64,000 bases of DNA from the human T2T-CHM13v2.0 reference genome, Homo sapiens. The stretch lies in assembly GCF_009914755.1 (NCBI RefSeq), contig NC_060932.1. One strand, written 5' to 3'. The position numbers were made by a program, and so were the translations under genes. Under the pieces are notes generated by a model, which saw only the letters and a program-made list of their open reading frames with translations, ran no database searches and had not been told where the DNA came from. Below are positions 31,098-44,441 of the stretch, one piece after another (the first letter of the stretch is position 1; each line of letters opens with the position of its first letter).

Positions 31098-31779
31098 TTC
31101 AACCAATCTAATGCCTGTCTTCTTTGTCATTTAGATCCTGAATATCCATGTGCTTACACGGGATATTCCCATTATTTCCAATATATATATATTTCCATAT
31201 ATTTCCATATATATCCCATTATTTCCAAACTATCAACATCAAAGGAAGATTGGGCATAGAATCCTCCTGTTTTATTCTTCAGAAAAAAACTAGGAGTCTA
31301 AAAATTATTATTATGTTTTTTTCTCTATCCTTTCCCATGAGTGGTTCTTGGGTTTCTTTCAAATTTTTTCTGGATTTTCCAACCATTTATAAAAAAGGCT
31401 CAGAATGCTTATGTAAGTAGGTATCTTAATCACCCCAAGTCAATAAATATGAGCTTTGAGATACATTATTCTCATTTTGTGTGTAATGTTTTTGTACTTA
31501 ATAGAGAACTCTGTTCTTGGCTTGAATATTTCACTGAGAGTCTAAAAATAAGTTATTTTTTAGATCCTTTTCTTTCTTATGATTAAAATTGGTGTTTCCA
31601 AACACTTCATGCTCTGTCTCCACACATTAATTTCACATTATCTCTTCCTAAGAGTTTAACATAGGCTTGGTTTTGTTGTCCTAAGAATTCTTGATACCAG
31701 GCAGTATGTGACCAGCTGGGGAGGGGGACACAGGGAGGAAGGGAAGGCTCAGGTGGGGAAGAAGGTAGTCCTATTTGCA

Positions 31780-31950
31780 GTATTTAATTTAATCTTCATT
31801 AAAACCTTAAAGAAAAGATATTATTATAACCATTTTGCTGATGGTGAAACAGACCCATAGGGGCTCAGTGACTTGGCCAATACTAGGCAGATAAGAAGCA
31901 GCAGAACCCCCATTCACATCCAGGGTTGCCTTATTCTAAAGCCTGTGTTC
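31780..31950 (-). mobile_element. MIR
   Basis: ccattttgctgatggtgaaacagac...cagtgacttggccaa core. Confidence 0.7.
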
Positions 31951-33529
31951 AGACTGCTCAATCCTGCTTTTTCTCAAGCACCTATCACTGGTCAAAAATC
32001 TGGAGAGCTGATTTCTTCAACCAACCTATATGGCTCTAACTTGTAAGAGGGGGGAAACCGTAATACTTGACAAAGAAGGAAATCTCTCTTTCTAATCAGG
32101 GGCCTATTAGGGAGCAAAATGAGCAACCAAAAACTGCTTGATGAAGGGATAGCTCTGGAATCAGAATGGTGCGATGGAACCTAGCCTGCCCTCAGACTTG
32201 ATGCTTCTATAACCTGATCTGAGACCACTCACTTAATGCTGAAGACACATGGCCCCAAACTTCATCCTCAACTCTCTGTACTAGGTGCATCCAACCCAGG
32301 GTTGCTAAGTCTAAGAAAACTGCTTATGGGGCAACCTAGTGGACATGTTTGTGTCACCTAATAGTCTGTCTGGTTCCATTCTGCTGGGGGAAGAGGACCC
32401 TCTCCTACACTTTTCCAGGCACAAAGTCTTTTGGAAGTGATTTGGCATGGAAAAAGACCTTCATGTTTCCTACCCTCATGGCACTAACAGTCAAATGGAA
32501 CAGAGACCATTAGAAAAAAAAATTCATATGATTACTGCCAGGAAAGAGTAATCACCAAATGCTATAAAAATTCATGACTGAGAAATTTAACCTGAAGTGA
32601 GCTGGTTTGAATAGAAAAGCTAAGAGGTTTGAATGGAAAAGCTAAGAGAGTCTCTGCTGAATGGTTATTGTGGGTCCCTCATGAGCCCTGCTCTCGGTGT
32701 TCATGGTGTTGCATGCTTGGCCACCCATTCACTTGACTCTGGGCTTGGCTCTATGACTACTTTGGCCAACAGGACATTAGTGTGATAGAAGCAGAGGCAT
32801 TCATGCACACTGGAGCTTGTCCTCTGGGGACAGCCCCAGCTTCTTAAAACCCCAAGGAAGAGGAATAGGACCTCTCAATCTCCAGTCATGACTAGTTGTA
32901 AACATACCAGCAACTCTGGCAAGTGGGGGCCAAGCCAAATGTATTTGATCTAGAAAAATTAAAAAATACCCGTTTCCTTTTGTCCCAATATTATGGAACA
33001 AAATTATATTTGTCACATTTATAATCAACTTCCACTTAAACATCTAATTCCATGAAACAATTTGATTGAATCTGTGTTCTTTGCAAACAAAATACTCCAA
33101 ATAAAACACACTCTTTTTAAAAAAGGTCAAACTGCCCCTTCTGATCCTGTGATCACATCGACAATTCTACCAAGAAGTTTATGATGAGTTCAGGAGCAAA
33201 GCTTCTAGTTAGCACTAAACAGCTTTCCAACAGCAGGTGGAGCATTCACCTCAAAGATAAAAGAAGCATAACGGGAGGAAGGATACTGTCAGGGCCATAT
33301 AGAAAAGCTGTTTCTACTCTTATTCAGCATGTTCCATTTCCAATGCTATTCTAGTCTTTAAAGGAAAAATTAAACTCACTTATTCCTGTGCTTCTAAATT
33401 CCTAAGCTTTGTTCCATGAGCTTAGTCCAAGGAAAAAATGACAGAGAACATCAGCTATAAGTGAGAAGTGTACAGCAGCCTGGTAGACACAGATATGCTA
33501 TGGATGGTGACTATGCTCTGTATGGTTTC

Positions 33530-34000
33530 TGTATTCATTTCCTACAGTTGCTGCAACAAATTGCCACACACTTGGCTTCAAACTGCATAAATTTATTATT
33601 TTACAGTTCTGGAGGTCAGAAACCTAAAATAAATCTTAAAGAGCTAAAATCAAGGTGTGGGCAGGGCTGGTTCCTTCTGGGGGTTCCAGGGGAGAATCCG
33701 TTCTGACTCTTCCAGCTTTGGGAAGCCACCTGCACTTCTTGGCTCAGCTCATGGCCTTCTTTGCATCCTCCCAACCGCTTACCTCCATCAGTGTACCTCT
33801 GCTACCTACTCTGGTCTCCTGCCTCCCTCCTATAAAGACCTTTGTGATTACACTTGGCCCATCTGAAGAATGTAGGGCAATTTCCCCACCTCAAAATTCT
33901 TAACCACATCTGCAAAGTCCCTTTTGCCATATAAGATAGCATATTCACATGTTCTGGGGATTAGAACATGGACATCCTTGGGGGCCACTATTCAACATAC
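33530..34000 (-). mobile_element. MLT1D-like MaLR LTR
   Basis: aaatttattattttacagttctggaggtcagaa...gctaaaatcaaggtgtgggcagggctg...catctgcaaagtcccttttgcca. Confidence 0.85.
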
Positions 34001-36604
34001 CTGGGTTTCCAATACCCACCCTAGTATAGATACAACTGAATAAAATTAAATAATTTTACCCAGCTTCATGAGTGTAGAGAAATAAAGCTAGCCCAAGGAG
34101 TTCACATCATCGATAAGGAACTTATCCCACCTGTGTTCTGTGATAAAAATTCTATGCAAATGTATTGCACTTTTATTCCCAAGAACAGCTATTGGAACAA
34201 TTTTAGAGACTTATGAGAATGAGTACCTGGTCTACAATGACTCAAGATGATGAAGATATTTCAAATGAGTCCACAAGTCTCTCGAATATGTCCACTGTAT
34301 AAAAGATATACTGGTAGCTGTCAAACTAGACACTTCAGCAGCCTCTAGAAACAGAATAGTTGATAAGGACTACGACTAAAGAAGATTTGTCTCCAATTAT
34401 TGACCACAATGATTTTTGTCATCCATGACTTCTCTAAATAAGTAAAAACATTGCCCTACGTACTTTATTATTACAGGCAGCCACTTTATTTTCATTACAA
34501 TAAATATTTACTTGGCTACCTTATCCTGTTGGAAAAATTGTGACTTCTGAGAACTCAAGAAAACTAGAATCTATTTAGGGTTTACTCTGTACAAGTCCCC
34601 ATGCCTAGACAGGTGCCATGGGGAATATGAGGATGAATGGGGGCTGTCCAGAGGCTCAGAGTCTTGTGGAAGAGACAAATGCAAAACACAAAAATACAAG
34701 CAAATCTAATGCAAGGTTTCTGTGATCTGCAGTATAATAAACACATTAACAAATGCAACAAGAAGGCTGGAAGAAAATTAATGACTGAGGAATCTGGGAT
34801 ATACTATTAGAAGAGCAATATTTTGTGCAAGGCCTTAGGGCTAAGAAATATCTTTAAAAGGAGTATAATTTTGACAGATGGAAAAGATATGGCTTTTAGA
34901 GGTTCACTAAGGTGAAAAACTGTAAAAAATCAGTTTCCTTTTAGTGGCATTGATATTGTTAAGGTATAACCCAAAGCTCCTTATTTACAAACCAGGGTAA
35001 TAACTTTCTTTCCAAAAAATTCTGCTTGCTTAATTGCCAAGAAACATGATAGGCAATAGGCTTTGGTTGATTTAAAATAGTGGTTTCCTTTCTTTTCTTC
35101 CCCCATCAGGAACTTTTGTTCAAACAAATTCTATTCAAATGCCAAAAGCCTCCTTCCAGTGCCTGCCCGGCATCCACCTCTCCTCACTGCAGCTCCCAAA
35201 GGAGCTCCCTGAAGCAGTTTGTAAACTCTGAATATAAATAAAAACGTGCTGCACAGCTCGATGCTCAGACACAAACACTAACATTGCCTTGCTTGTGGAT
35301 AGAAACATTCCCCAGAGCTCACACCCAGAGTGCGTTTCTGAAAACAGCATGTGTCACAGAAGGTAGCAAATGTGGTGTCACTGTTTCAGCAAAAAGGAGC
35401 TCTTCCTGGAATGTACATCTTATACTCTAATGAGTTATTTGCTCTTCGGACTGAATTTTGAGATAATCAGGGTTACAGTGGCCTCCTTCTATCCCAAGTT
35501 GATCAGTTAGGGTCGGCTTGCATCAATCGCTTGGAACGCAAGTCAGAGAGCAAAGCATTGTTTTCCCTTTCAGGGTGTCCTATCAGAATCAAGCAGCCCT
35601 AGCTGCTTCCGGCAGAGAAATTGTTGAAAATTCAGTGGGCATGGGAAAGAAATGCAGCCAATGGCAGCCATTGTAAAGAAGCGGGTATTAAACATCTCTG
35701 CCAGAGCACACTAATGGAATTAGAAGCAATTTCAAGAAGATGAAGCACTTGTCTTGCCTACAAAGATACCTTGGAAAAATAAATGCCTGGGCTGCCTTCT
35801 CCAGCCTTCATGCAAGTGAGCAGAACCCTGAGCTAATGCCATTCAGTCTGTTTCAGCTGTCCAGAGCTCTACAACACGACAGGAGGTCTTTGTACCATTG
35901 TCAAAAAACATGTCAAAAACACTGAAGCTGCAAGGAATAGTTTGTGCCTACTTTTTCTCCTCTAAAAATATCTGAGTTTATATCTACCTAGAATTCCCTG
36001 TGCATGGAGAGCCCTTTAGTTAATATTTTCATCAAATGCATTTCTTCCAGGTCTTTCCCCAGTCTCACGGCACACGTGGCCTTTCTCCGCCCCATGTTCC
36101 CTGCTTTCTCCTCTCACTCCTGCCTCCAGAGAATACACAGTTCTCCTTTATTCATTCATCTCTGTCTCATTTCCTTTTGCCACCTCCAGAGCCTTCGGCA
36201 TCAAAATACTCTTTTGTGCCTCTCTGATCCTTGCAACTATACAAGACCTTTTAGTCTTTCTTCCTCCCTAAAATGTTCCCTCATGTCATTGCCTTCTCCA
36301 CTCCAGCCACCTCACCCAACAGCCATCTCCCTTTCCCTCTCCATCCCCTCTTTCTCCTCACCAATGACCCCCTAGTCCTCAAATACAATCGTCTCTCAGT
36401 GCGCACCCTCCTTGAGCTCTGCCTGAGTAGATTCAGCTGATATCCACCTCTTCTCTCTTGGATCTGGAGATGTAGTATTCTCCTGGTTCTCATTTTTACT
36501 TCTGAGACCCTGGTCTCTGTGTACCGCTTCTCACTGTCCTCCTAAACCCTTAATGTAGGTATTTCTAAGATCTCTCTCCTTGGATATTTCTTCTTAAAAA
36601 ATAA

Positions 36605-37170
36605 CCTATCTAGTATCTACCCAAAAGAAAAGAAATCATTATATTAAAAAGACACCTGTACTCATATGTCTATTGCAACACTATTCACAAAAACAAAATC
36701 ATGGAACCAACCTAAGTGTCCATCAGCAGTTGACTGGATAAAGAAAATGTGGTATATATATATATATATATCTTGTGGAATACTACACAGCCTTAAAAAA
36801 GGAATCATATCCATTGCAGCAACATAGCTGGAAGGGGAGGCCATTATCTTAAGTGGGCCAACTCAGAAACAGAAAACCAAATATCACATGTCCTCACTCA
36901 TAAGTGGGAGCTAAACAGTGGGCACACATGGACATAAAGATGGAAATAATAGACACTGGGAACTCTAAAAGTGGGGAAGGCAGGAGAGGGGTGAGGGTCA
37001 AAAAAATACCTATTGAGTACAATGTTCCGAATACAAATACTACCAAATACAAATAGTATTTGGGTAATGGGTCTATGAGAAGCCCAGTCCCCACCAGTAT
37101 GCAATATACTCATGTAACAAACATGCATATGTACCTCCTGAATGTAGAAGATTAAACTAAAAAAAATAAT
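36605..37170 (+). mobile_element. L1PB-type 3' fragment
   Basis: gactggataaagaaaatgtggta, ataagtgggagctaaac, catgtaacaaacatgcatatgtacc, A-tail. Confidence 0.88.
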
Positions 37171-37514
37171 TTAAATCATGACTGGGCTATCTCCAAGACA
37201 AACCCAAGGAATGGTGTCCCAACCTTCCCAGACAAAGCGTTTCCTTGGTTTTGGTTGGACGAGGTGCTCTGAGCTTGTCACAGGAGCCAGGGTGTGAGGG
37301 CAGGGAAAAGATGAGTGGCTTCCTTGTTCAGTGCTCCACTTACCCCTCAGATTTGCCCTGGTCCTTCCCCATTTCTTCAGTGCTTTGTTTTAAAATATTT
37401 TGTCCAGTATAATTTATTATTTTCAGAAGAAATCTTGAACTGAGTAAACTAGCCTGCCATTACTAGAAATAAAATTTCACTTAGAGCACTTATCAATTTA
37501 AAATTAATTTTATA

Positions 37515-38393
37515 TAAATTTGCAAGAAAAAACACCAAACAATCCTATTAAAAATTGAGCAAAGGACATGAACAGACAATTCTCAAAAGAAGACATTGAT
37601 ATAGCCAACAAACATGAAAAAAAGCTCGACATCACTGATCATTAAAGAAATGCAAATCAAAACCACAATGAGATACCATCTCGCGCCAGTCAGAATGGGG
37701 ATTATTAAAAAGTCCAGAAACAACAGATGCTGACAAGGTTGTGGAGAAAAAGGAACACTTTTACACTGTTGATGGGAGTGTAAATTAGTTCAATCATTGT
37801 GGAAGACAGTGTGGTGATTCCCCAAAGATCTAGAGGCAGAACTACCATTTGAACCAGCAATCCCATTACTGGGTAGATACTTAAAGGAATAGAAATCATT
37901 TTATTATAAAGATGCATACATGTGTATGTTCACTGCAGCACTATTCACAATAGCAAAGACATGGAATCAACCCAAATGCCCATCAATGATAGACTGGATA
38001 AAGAAAATGTGGTATATATACACCATGGAATACTATGCAGCTGTAAAAAGGAATGAGATCATGCCCTTTACAGAGACATGGATGGAGCCAGAATCCATTA
38101 TCCTCAGGAAACTAATGCAGGAACAGGAAACAAAACCCCACCTCTTCTCGCTTATAAATGGGAACCGAATGATGAGAACACATGGACACATGGTGGGGAA
38201 CAACACACACTGAGGCCTGTCAATGGGGAGGTAGGTGGAGGGACAGTATCAGGAAGACTAGGTAAGGGATGCTGGGCTTAATACCTAGGTGATGGGTTGA
38301 TGTGTGCAGCAAACCACCGTGGCACATATTTACCTATGTAACAAACCTGCACATCCTGCACATGTACCCTGGAACTTAAAATAAAAGTTGAAA
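37515..38393 (+). mobile_element. L1PA8-12-like 3' fragment
   Basis: MFTAALFTIAKTWNQPKCPSMIDWIKKMW; TSD aaaattaattttata (37500-37514) / aaaattagttttata (38394-38408). Confidence 0.92.
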
Positions 38394-38887
38394 AAAATTA
38401 GTTTTATAATTATTGATTTATAAGCAATATTTTCCATTGGAGTAATTTGAAGACATGGGTTATATTCCCTCTAACTTGGCATTTTCCATAGTACCTGAAA
38501 TAAAATATTGCACCTGCTAGGTGCTCAGTGAAAACAGTCTAAGTAAAGAATAAACTAGTGTGACTTTCACTCTAGTTTGGAACTACAGCTCTAGTCCAGG
38601 CAACCTGAATAAATGTTTAGATTCACCAAAACAGCAGCAAATTAAACCAGAACCAAAAGCATATCAGCATTTGGACTTTGACCAAACTAGCCACCCTCTC
38701 CGTAAGATAAAGAAATTTAGCATTTGGATTTTAAAAAGTGACTGACTGAAATTGCACAGCAATTATAGGAAAAAAACCCAGAAACTTTGGAAAAATAAGG
38801 ACCACTTTTCACCCACCTCCTTTCAAGACATGCCCTTTGCATAGAGGGTGCTCCCCTAGGCAGGGCCTCCACCTCTGTGGTTGAGAC

Positions 38888-39360
38888 CTTATTAGATTGT
38901 CAGGGTTTCCACAATAAAAGCCACAAACTGAGTGGTTTAAAGAACAAAAATAGACTGTCTCCCGGTTCTGGAGGCCAGGAGTCTGAGATCAGGGTGTCAT
39001 TAGGGTGGTTCCCGCCGAGGGCAGGGAGGAAGAATCTGTTCCCCACCTCTCCCCTGGCTTCTGGTGGTCTCTGACACTCTTTGGTGTTCCTTGCCTTGTA
39101 AAAGCATCACCCTGATTCCTGCCTTCATCTTCACAGGGCGTCCTGCCTGTGTGTGTACACGTCTGTCTCTGAATTTCCCCTTCTTATAAGAACACAAGTA
39201 GTTTTGGAATTGGGGCCCACCCTCCTCTAGTATGACCTCATCTTAATCAATTACATCAGCAACAACCCTATTTCCAAATAAAGTCACATTCGGAGGTACT
39301 GGGGGATAGGACTTCAGCCCATGCCTTTTGTGAGGAGACGATACAATTCAACCCATGAAG
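38888..39360 (-). mobile_element. MLT1C-like MaLR LTR
   Basis: ggttctggaggccaggagtctgagatcagggtg...tatgacctcatcttaa...tttccaaataaagtcacatt. Confidence 0.85.
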
Positions 39361-42300
39361 ACACCTATAATGTCTACAAAAGACTTTTTAAAATCTATCT
39401 CAAGCCTGGCACTTGAAACCTTTTTTTTTTTTCACTACAAGATTCACATGTGCTTAAAGCCAATAGTGCCTGGGGCTCAGAGAGAGTTGTAGTGTTTCGT
39501 ATGGGAGTCCCAGACTACTGAGCCTATGCAGGGATAACACATGGTCCCCAGACCTGCAGGGCCTCCACACTCTTGGCTTACCAGAAGAATCTTCGGGGAA
39601 CATTCCCACTCTTCCACTCCTTCAGTGACATTAAGAACCATATCTCCTCTCCTTACAGCCAAGAAAAAAAAAATTAGGGCCTGATTCAGTTGCGTCATAT
39701 CAAAAATTGACACGCTGCTGTACAGACCACCAACATTTTTGTAAACTGGGCTGCTCAGTGTGAGGCACAAAAAAAGGCATGTTGCAGTGTTCTCTGCAAT
39801 CACTGGGTACAGCATGCCGGGTCCAAAGGCAAGAGGAACCCGAGATCTAGGCAACAATGACTTATCTCCTTGCCTCAATAACTAACTGGAAAGGAGGTAC
39901 ATTCTGCGGAAGACTGACCACTGTATCCAGGCAAACAGCAAGCACATTGGAGACTTGTTTTTTGCTGTGAGCATGATTTTCGTCTGAATTGTGTGATTCA
40001 GTTATCTCAAAGTCTGAGCATTGCTGGATGAGATAACAACTGGCATCCAGACCTATATAGAACACTAAAAAAAGACAGATGGGGAACCAAAGTGCAGTGA
40101 AGCCTCGGAACCAAGCTCCAAACACTTCTGAGGGCCGTGTCTCCAAGGCTTCCCTGTTGGATGCACTATGACAGCTTAAGGCCTGTCACAGTCTGGCCTT
40201 CATCCACTTGATTCTCTGCTCCTGCCCCCATATTCTCCTCTGCAGAACTCATCCCATCCCTGACCAGGACCTGCACTTTGATATGCTTTTGCTCCTGCTC
40301 TTCACTCCCTGGAAGGCCTTCCGCTCTTCTCCCAGCATCTCCACTGCTCTGTCTGCCTAACATTGCAGACTTATCCTAAGGACAATCTTTCAAACTCCTC
40401 CTAGGTAGATACTTCCTCAACACTCCTGCACAAACACACTGTTTTTCCTTTGAAGTCCAAGTACTTTGTTGACATGGATCATGACACATAATTGCTCACA
40501 GCTTGATCTTATTAAATAAAGTGTGAACACTCAGTAATATTTGAACAGAACTGGACAACTAGAAAAAATGAATGCATTCTTAACAACCACCTTACTTTTC
40601 ACAGACTGCAGAGGAAAATTTCAAGAGCTGGTTCCAGGCTCTGCAACCCTAAATGGATTTGCAACCCAAACATAGGGCCAGAGCATCACATCCGCTGAGC
40701 TCGCTAGCATGCTACAGCGTATGATATGCAGTACTTGCACTTTTTTGTAAAAGGTCCTATCTTGTTTTGTGCAGAGAACCAGTCTACCTGTGATCATTTT
40801 ATCACTGAAGTCACTATTTTAATAACATACTAAATGTCTCAGTTTTTGCACACATTTCTACATAGGCAGGTACTTGTTTTCTCCTCAAATCCTTTTCAGA
40901 AAGAAGCATGCTGACATTTCTTACACATCAGCTGCAATTGTTTTTAAGTATTCACTCACTATATTTACAAGTTTGCAGCTGCAGTAAAACCTGCATGCTT
41001 TGGGATTTTTCAGATTGCTTCCCATACTTAATCATTGCGCAAGATGTAAAAGCGGCACCTGGTTTTAGAATTGTAAATATCTTAGTGAATGTGATTTTAG
41101 GAACAAGGAAAGAACATATTTAGGCTTAGTGGAAGTACCTAGATGATATCATTACCTTAGATAAAACTGTTCTTAATAGAGAGATTATAATTTCTCTGAG
41201 GTCTAAGAAATCTTACAAATTCTCTGTGCCAGGGAATGTTCTTCTGTTCTCCTCCCCAGAAGCATCTTCCTGTAGAGACAGATGCAGACAGACGGCTGGT
41301 GTGGGAGACTGCAGACTGGGGTGTTAGAACCAGCACACAGCAGGAGCTGCATGACGTAGAGATGACACTGAGTCTGGGTCTAAAATTCCTTATAAACAAA
41401 TCAGGAGTTTCACTTGACATCCTTAAGGTTATGTGACAGGGTCTGTTAGAAGGTGCCTAGATGTTGTTTGGAAAACTAGAAGCCAATACTTGAAAGCAAT
41501 AAAATAAAGAGATAATGACTGATTTTTCTAAACCTTCGTCATGAAAATTGAAATGTATATTACATTTATTCTTTCCATGCTTTACATGAGAAATTGTGTT
41601 ATTAATGAGGATATGAAACATCAGTCTTCCTGTCACTGACAGCTTTTCTATAGCATAGGTTTACATTTCATGTTGTGATATTGCAGTGAATCATTAAAGT
41701 TTGGGAAGTAAAAGGCTTAAAACCTTAATATAGTTATACTTGCATTTTTTTCATTTATTCACTAGGATACTTGAAATGACAGGAAAAGGCTTTACTTTTA
41801 TTTTGATATTTTAAAAACTTCGCTATTTCTGTGTAAATTTGTGGGCATTTTTTAATCTTGTTTCATTGACAAGTATTCAGTAGAGATTGAACTTTGGGCC
41901 TTCTCCTTTAGCTGAGGAAAAGGCCCTTTTTGACTCCTTTTAGCAGCGTCACTGACATTGTCTTTTGGGGCTCATTCAGCTCGTGGGGACCAAGGACATT
42001 TTATAATAGCAAGGCCTGCAGTGGTAATTTTTTCCTGTGAACTCTAAGGGAGTGAGGACAGCTATTTTTGTCCCCAGATATGTTAAAGTTGCAGTTAGAA
42101 AGGAGATGGCAGCTCACTGCTGAATGAGATGATAGGATGACCAGTAAGGAGGATGAGTCCACAGCCTTCCTATACATGGCTTTATTCCTTAGCAGCATTC
42201 AACTCTCCTGTTGTGTTTCTGAATTTCTTTGGCAAACATTTTCCAGGTTGTAGGACCAATATACAGATATTTCCATCTTTTATGAAAGTAGACTATAGGA

Positions 42301-42480
42301 AACTTCTGTAAAATAAGGGTGTGTTTAAGTTTCTTTATGAAAATCCTGTGATTAAAATTACTTATTCATATGCCCTTGATCTCAAATTTAATTAGCTCTG
42401 AATGAGCTAGGCTTAGGTATTCCAAAGGAAAACTCAAATCTCCTTTAATATTTCCATTATGTTTCCACAACTCTTCACGA

Positions 42481-43221
42481 ATGTCTCAGGTGCATGGCTG
42501 TGCTATATACATCTCAGGTGACACAGATGTGTTATACACACCACAGGTGGTACATGGCTGCGTTTATACACACCTCAGGTGCATGACTATGCTTACACAC
42601 ATCTCAGGTGACACAGAGTGTTATACACACCTCAGGTGACATGGCTGTGTTTATACACACACAGTGCTCTACACACCTCAGGTGACACAACTGTGCTATA
42701 CACACCTCAGGTAACACAGCTGTGTTATATACACCACAGGTGGTGCATGGCTGTGTTTATACACATCTCAGGTGACACAACTCTTTTATATACACCTCAG
42801 GTGCATGGCTGTGTTATACACACCTCAGGTGTCTGGCTATATTTATATACATCTCAGGTGACACAACTGTGTTATACATACCTCGGATGACATGGCTGTG
42901 TTTATATACATCTCAGGTGACACAACTGTTTTATATGCACCTCAGGTGACATGGATGTGTTATAAACACCTCAGGTGACATGGATGGTTTATACACACTT
43001 CAGGTGACATGGCTGTACCTCAGATGACTTGGCTGTGTTATACAGAACTTCAGGTGACATGGCTGTGTTATATACACCTCAGGTGGCATGGCCATACCTC
43101 AGGTGACATGGCTGTACCTCAGATGACATGGCTGTTTTATACACACCTCAGGTGACATGGCTGTGTTATACACACCTCAGGTGACACGGCTGTACCTTAG
43201 GTGACATAGCTGTGTTATACA
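42481..43221. repeat. Minisatellite, 29-bp unit CACCTCAGGTGACATGGCTGTGTTATACA, about 26 degenerate copies
   Basis: Period read directly (cacctc at 43144 and 43173); 20-bp short variants in the right half. Confidence 0.95.
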
Positions 43222-43589
43222 AGGCTTGGATGACATGAACCTTTGACCTTGCTGACAAACAGCAAAGGAGAACCAAAGGAACTGGCAAAAGTCAGGGCAA
43301 ATGAAAAAAAAAAAAAACCTATTCTTCATAGAAAATGATATTTATGTATCACAAGTTATTTAGTAGACAATATTAACATTATAATAGTAATAGTGTCATT
43401 ATGGGACATTTTCTCTGCAGGACTCTGAGCACTGAACACTCTTGGCAGGTTTCTGAGGCCAGATTGCCTGAGTTCAAATCCTGGCTCCACCACTTATTCT
43501 CTGAGCAAATGTGAGCTAGTTCATTATCATCTCTGTGTCTTCTTTCATCATCAGTTAATGGGGATATGAGTAATCCTGACCTCACAGGA

Positions 43590-43962
43590 TGTTATGGACT
43601 TTGAGGGGACACAAGTTCTCACCCCCAGTGCCTCAGAATGTGACTGCATTTGGAGACAGGGCCCTTACAGAGGTGATTAGGTTAAAATGAGGCCATTAGA
43701 ATGGGCCCTGATCCAATATGACTGGGGTCCTTAGAAGAAGCGGAAATTGGGACACATTGAGGGACATCAGGGATGTGCACACACACACACAAAAGGCCAT
43801 ATGATGACACAAGAAGAAGGCAGCCATCTGCAAGCTAAGGAGAGAGGCTTCCGGAGAAACCGATCCTGCTGGTCTGTTGGTCTTGGACTTCTAGCCTCCA
43901 GAACTATGAGAAATACATTTCTGCTGTTTAAGCCACCCAATCTGTGATATTTTTCTATGATA
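43590..43962 (+). mobile_element. MLT1B LTR inserted in a MIR (about 43455-44000)
   Basis: TGTTATGG start, cctcagaatgtgactgcatttggagacagggcc; 5-bp flanks cagga (43585-43589, 43963-43967); MIR continues on both sides. Confidence 0.85.
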
Positions 43963-44067
43963 CAGGATTATCATGAGGTTAATAAGGGTTCATGAGTCTC
44001 ACCATTACTATATTTGTAGGATTTGTTTTCTTGTCCATATCTTAAATTTGTCATGAACATCAGCTAA

Positions 44068-44441
<374 letters not shown>

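Noticed and set aside
41261-41428. + strand 168-nt open exon candidate (KHLPVETDADRR...)
   Set aside because: Weak donor (AAG|GTTATG), no protein similarity I recognise, and no partner exons.
42481-43221. CRISPR-like array (palindromic ~30-bp repeats) and ORF 42618-42890
   Set aside because: No unique spacers, no cas genes, primate context; the ORF is just the translated repeat.
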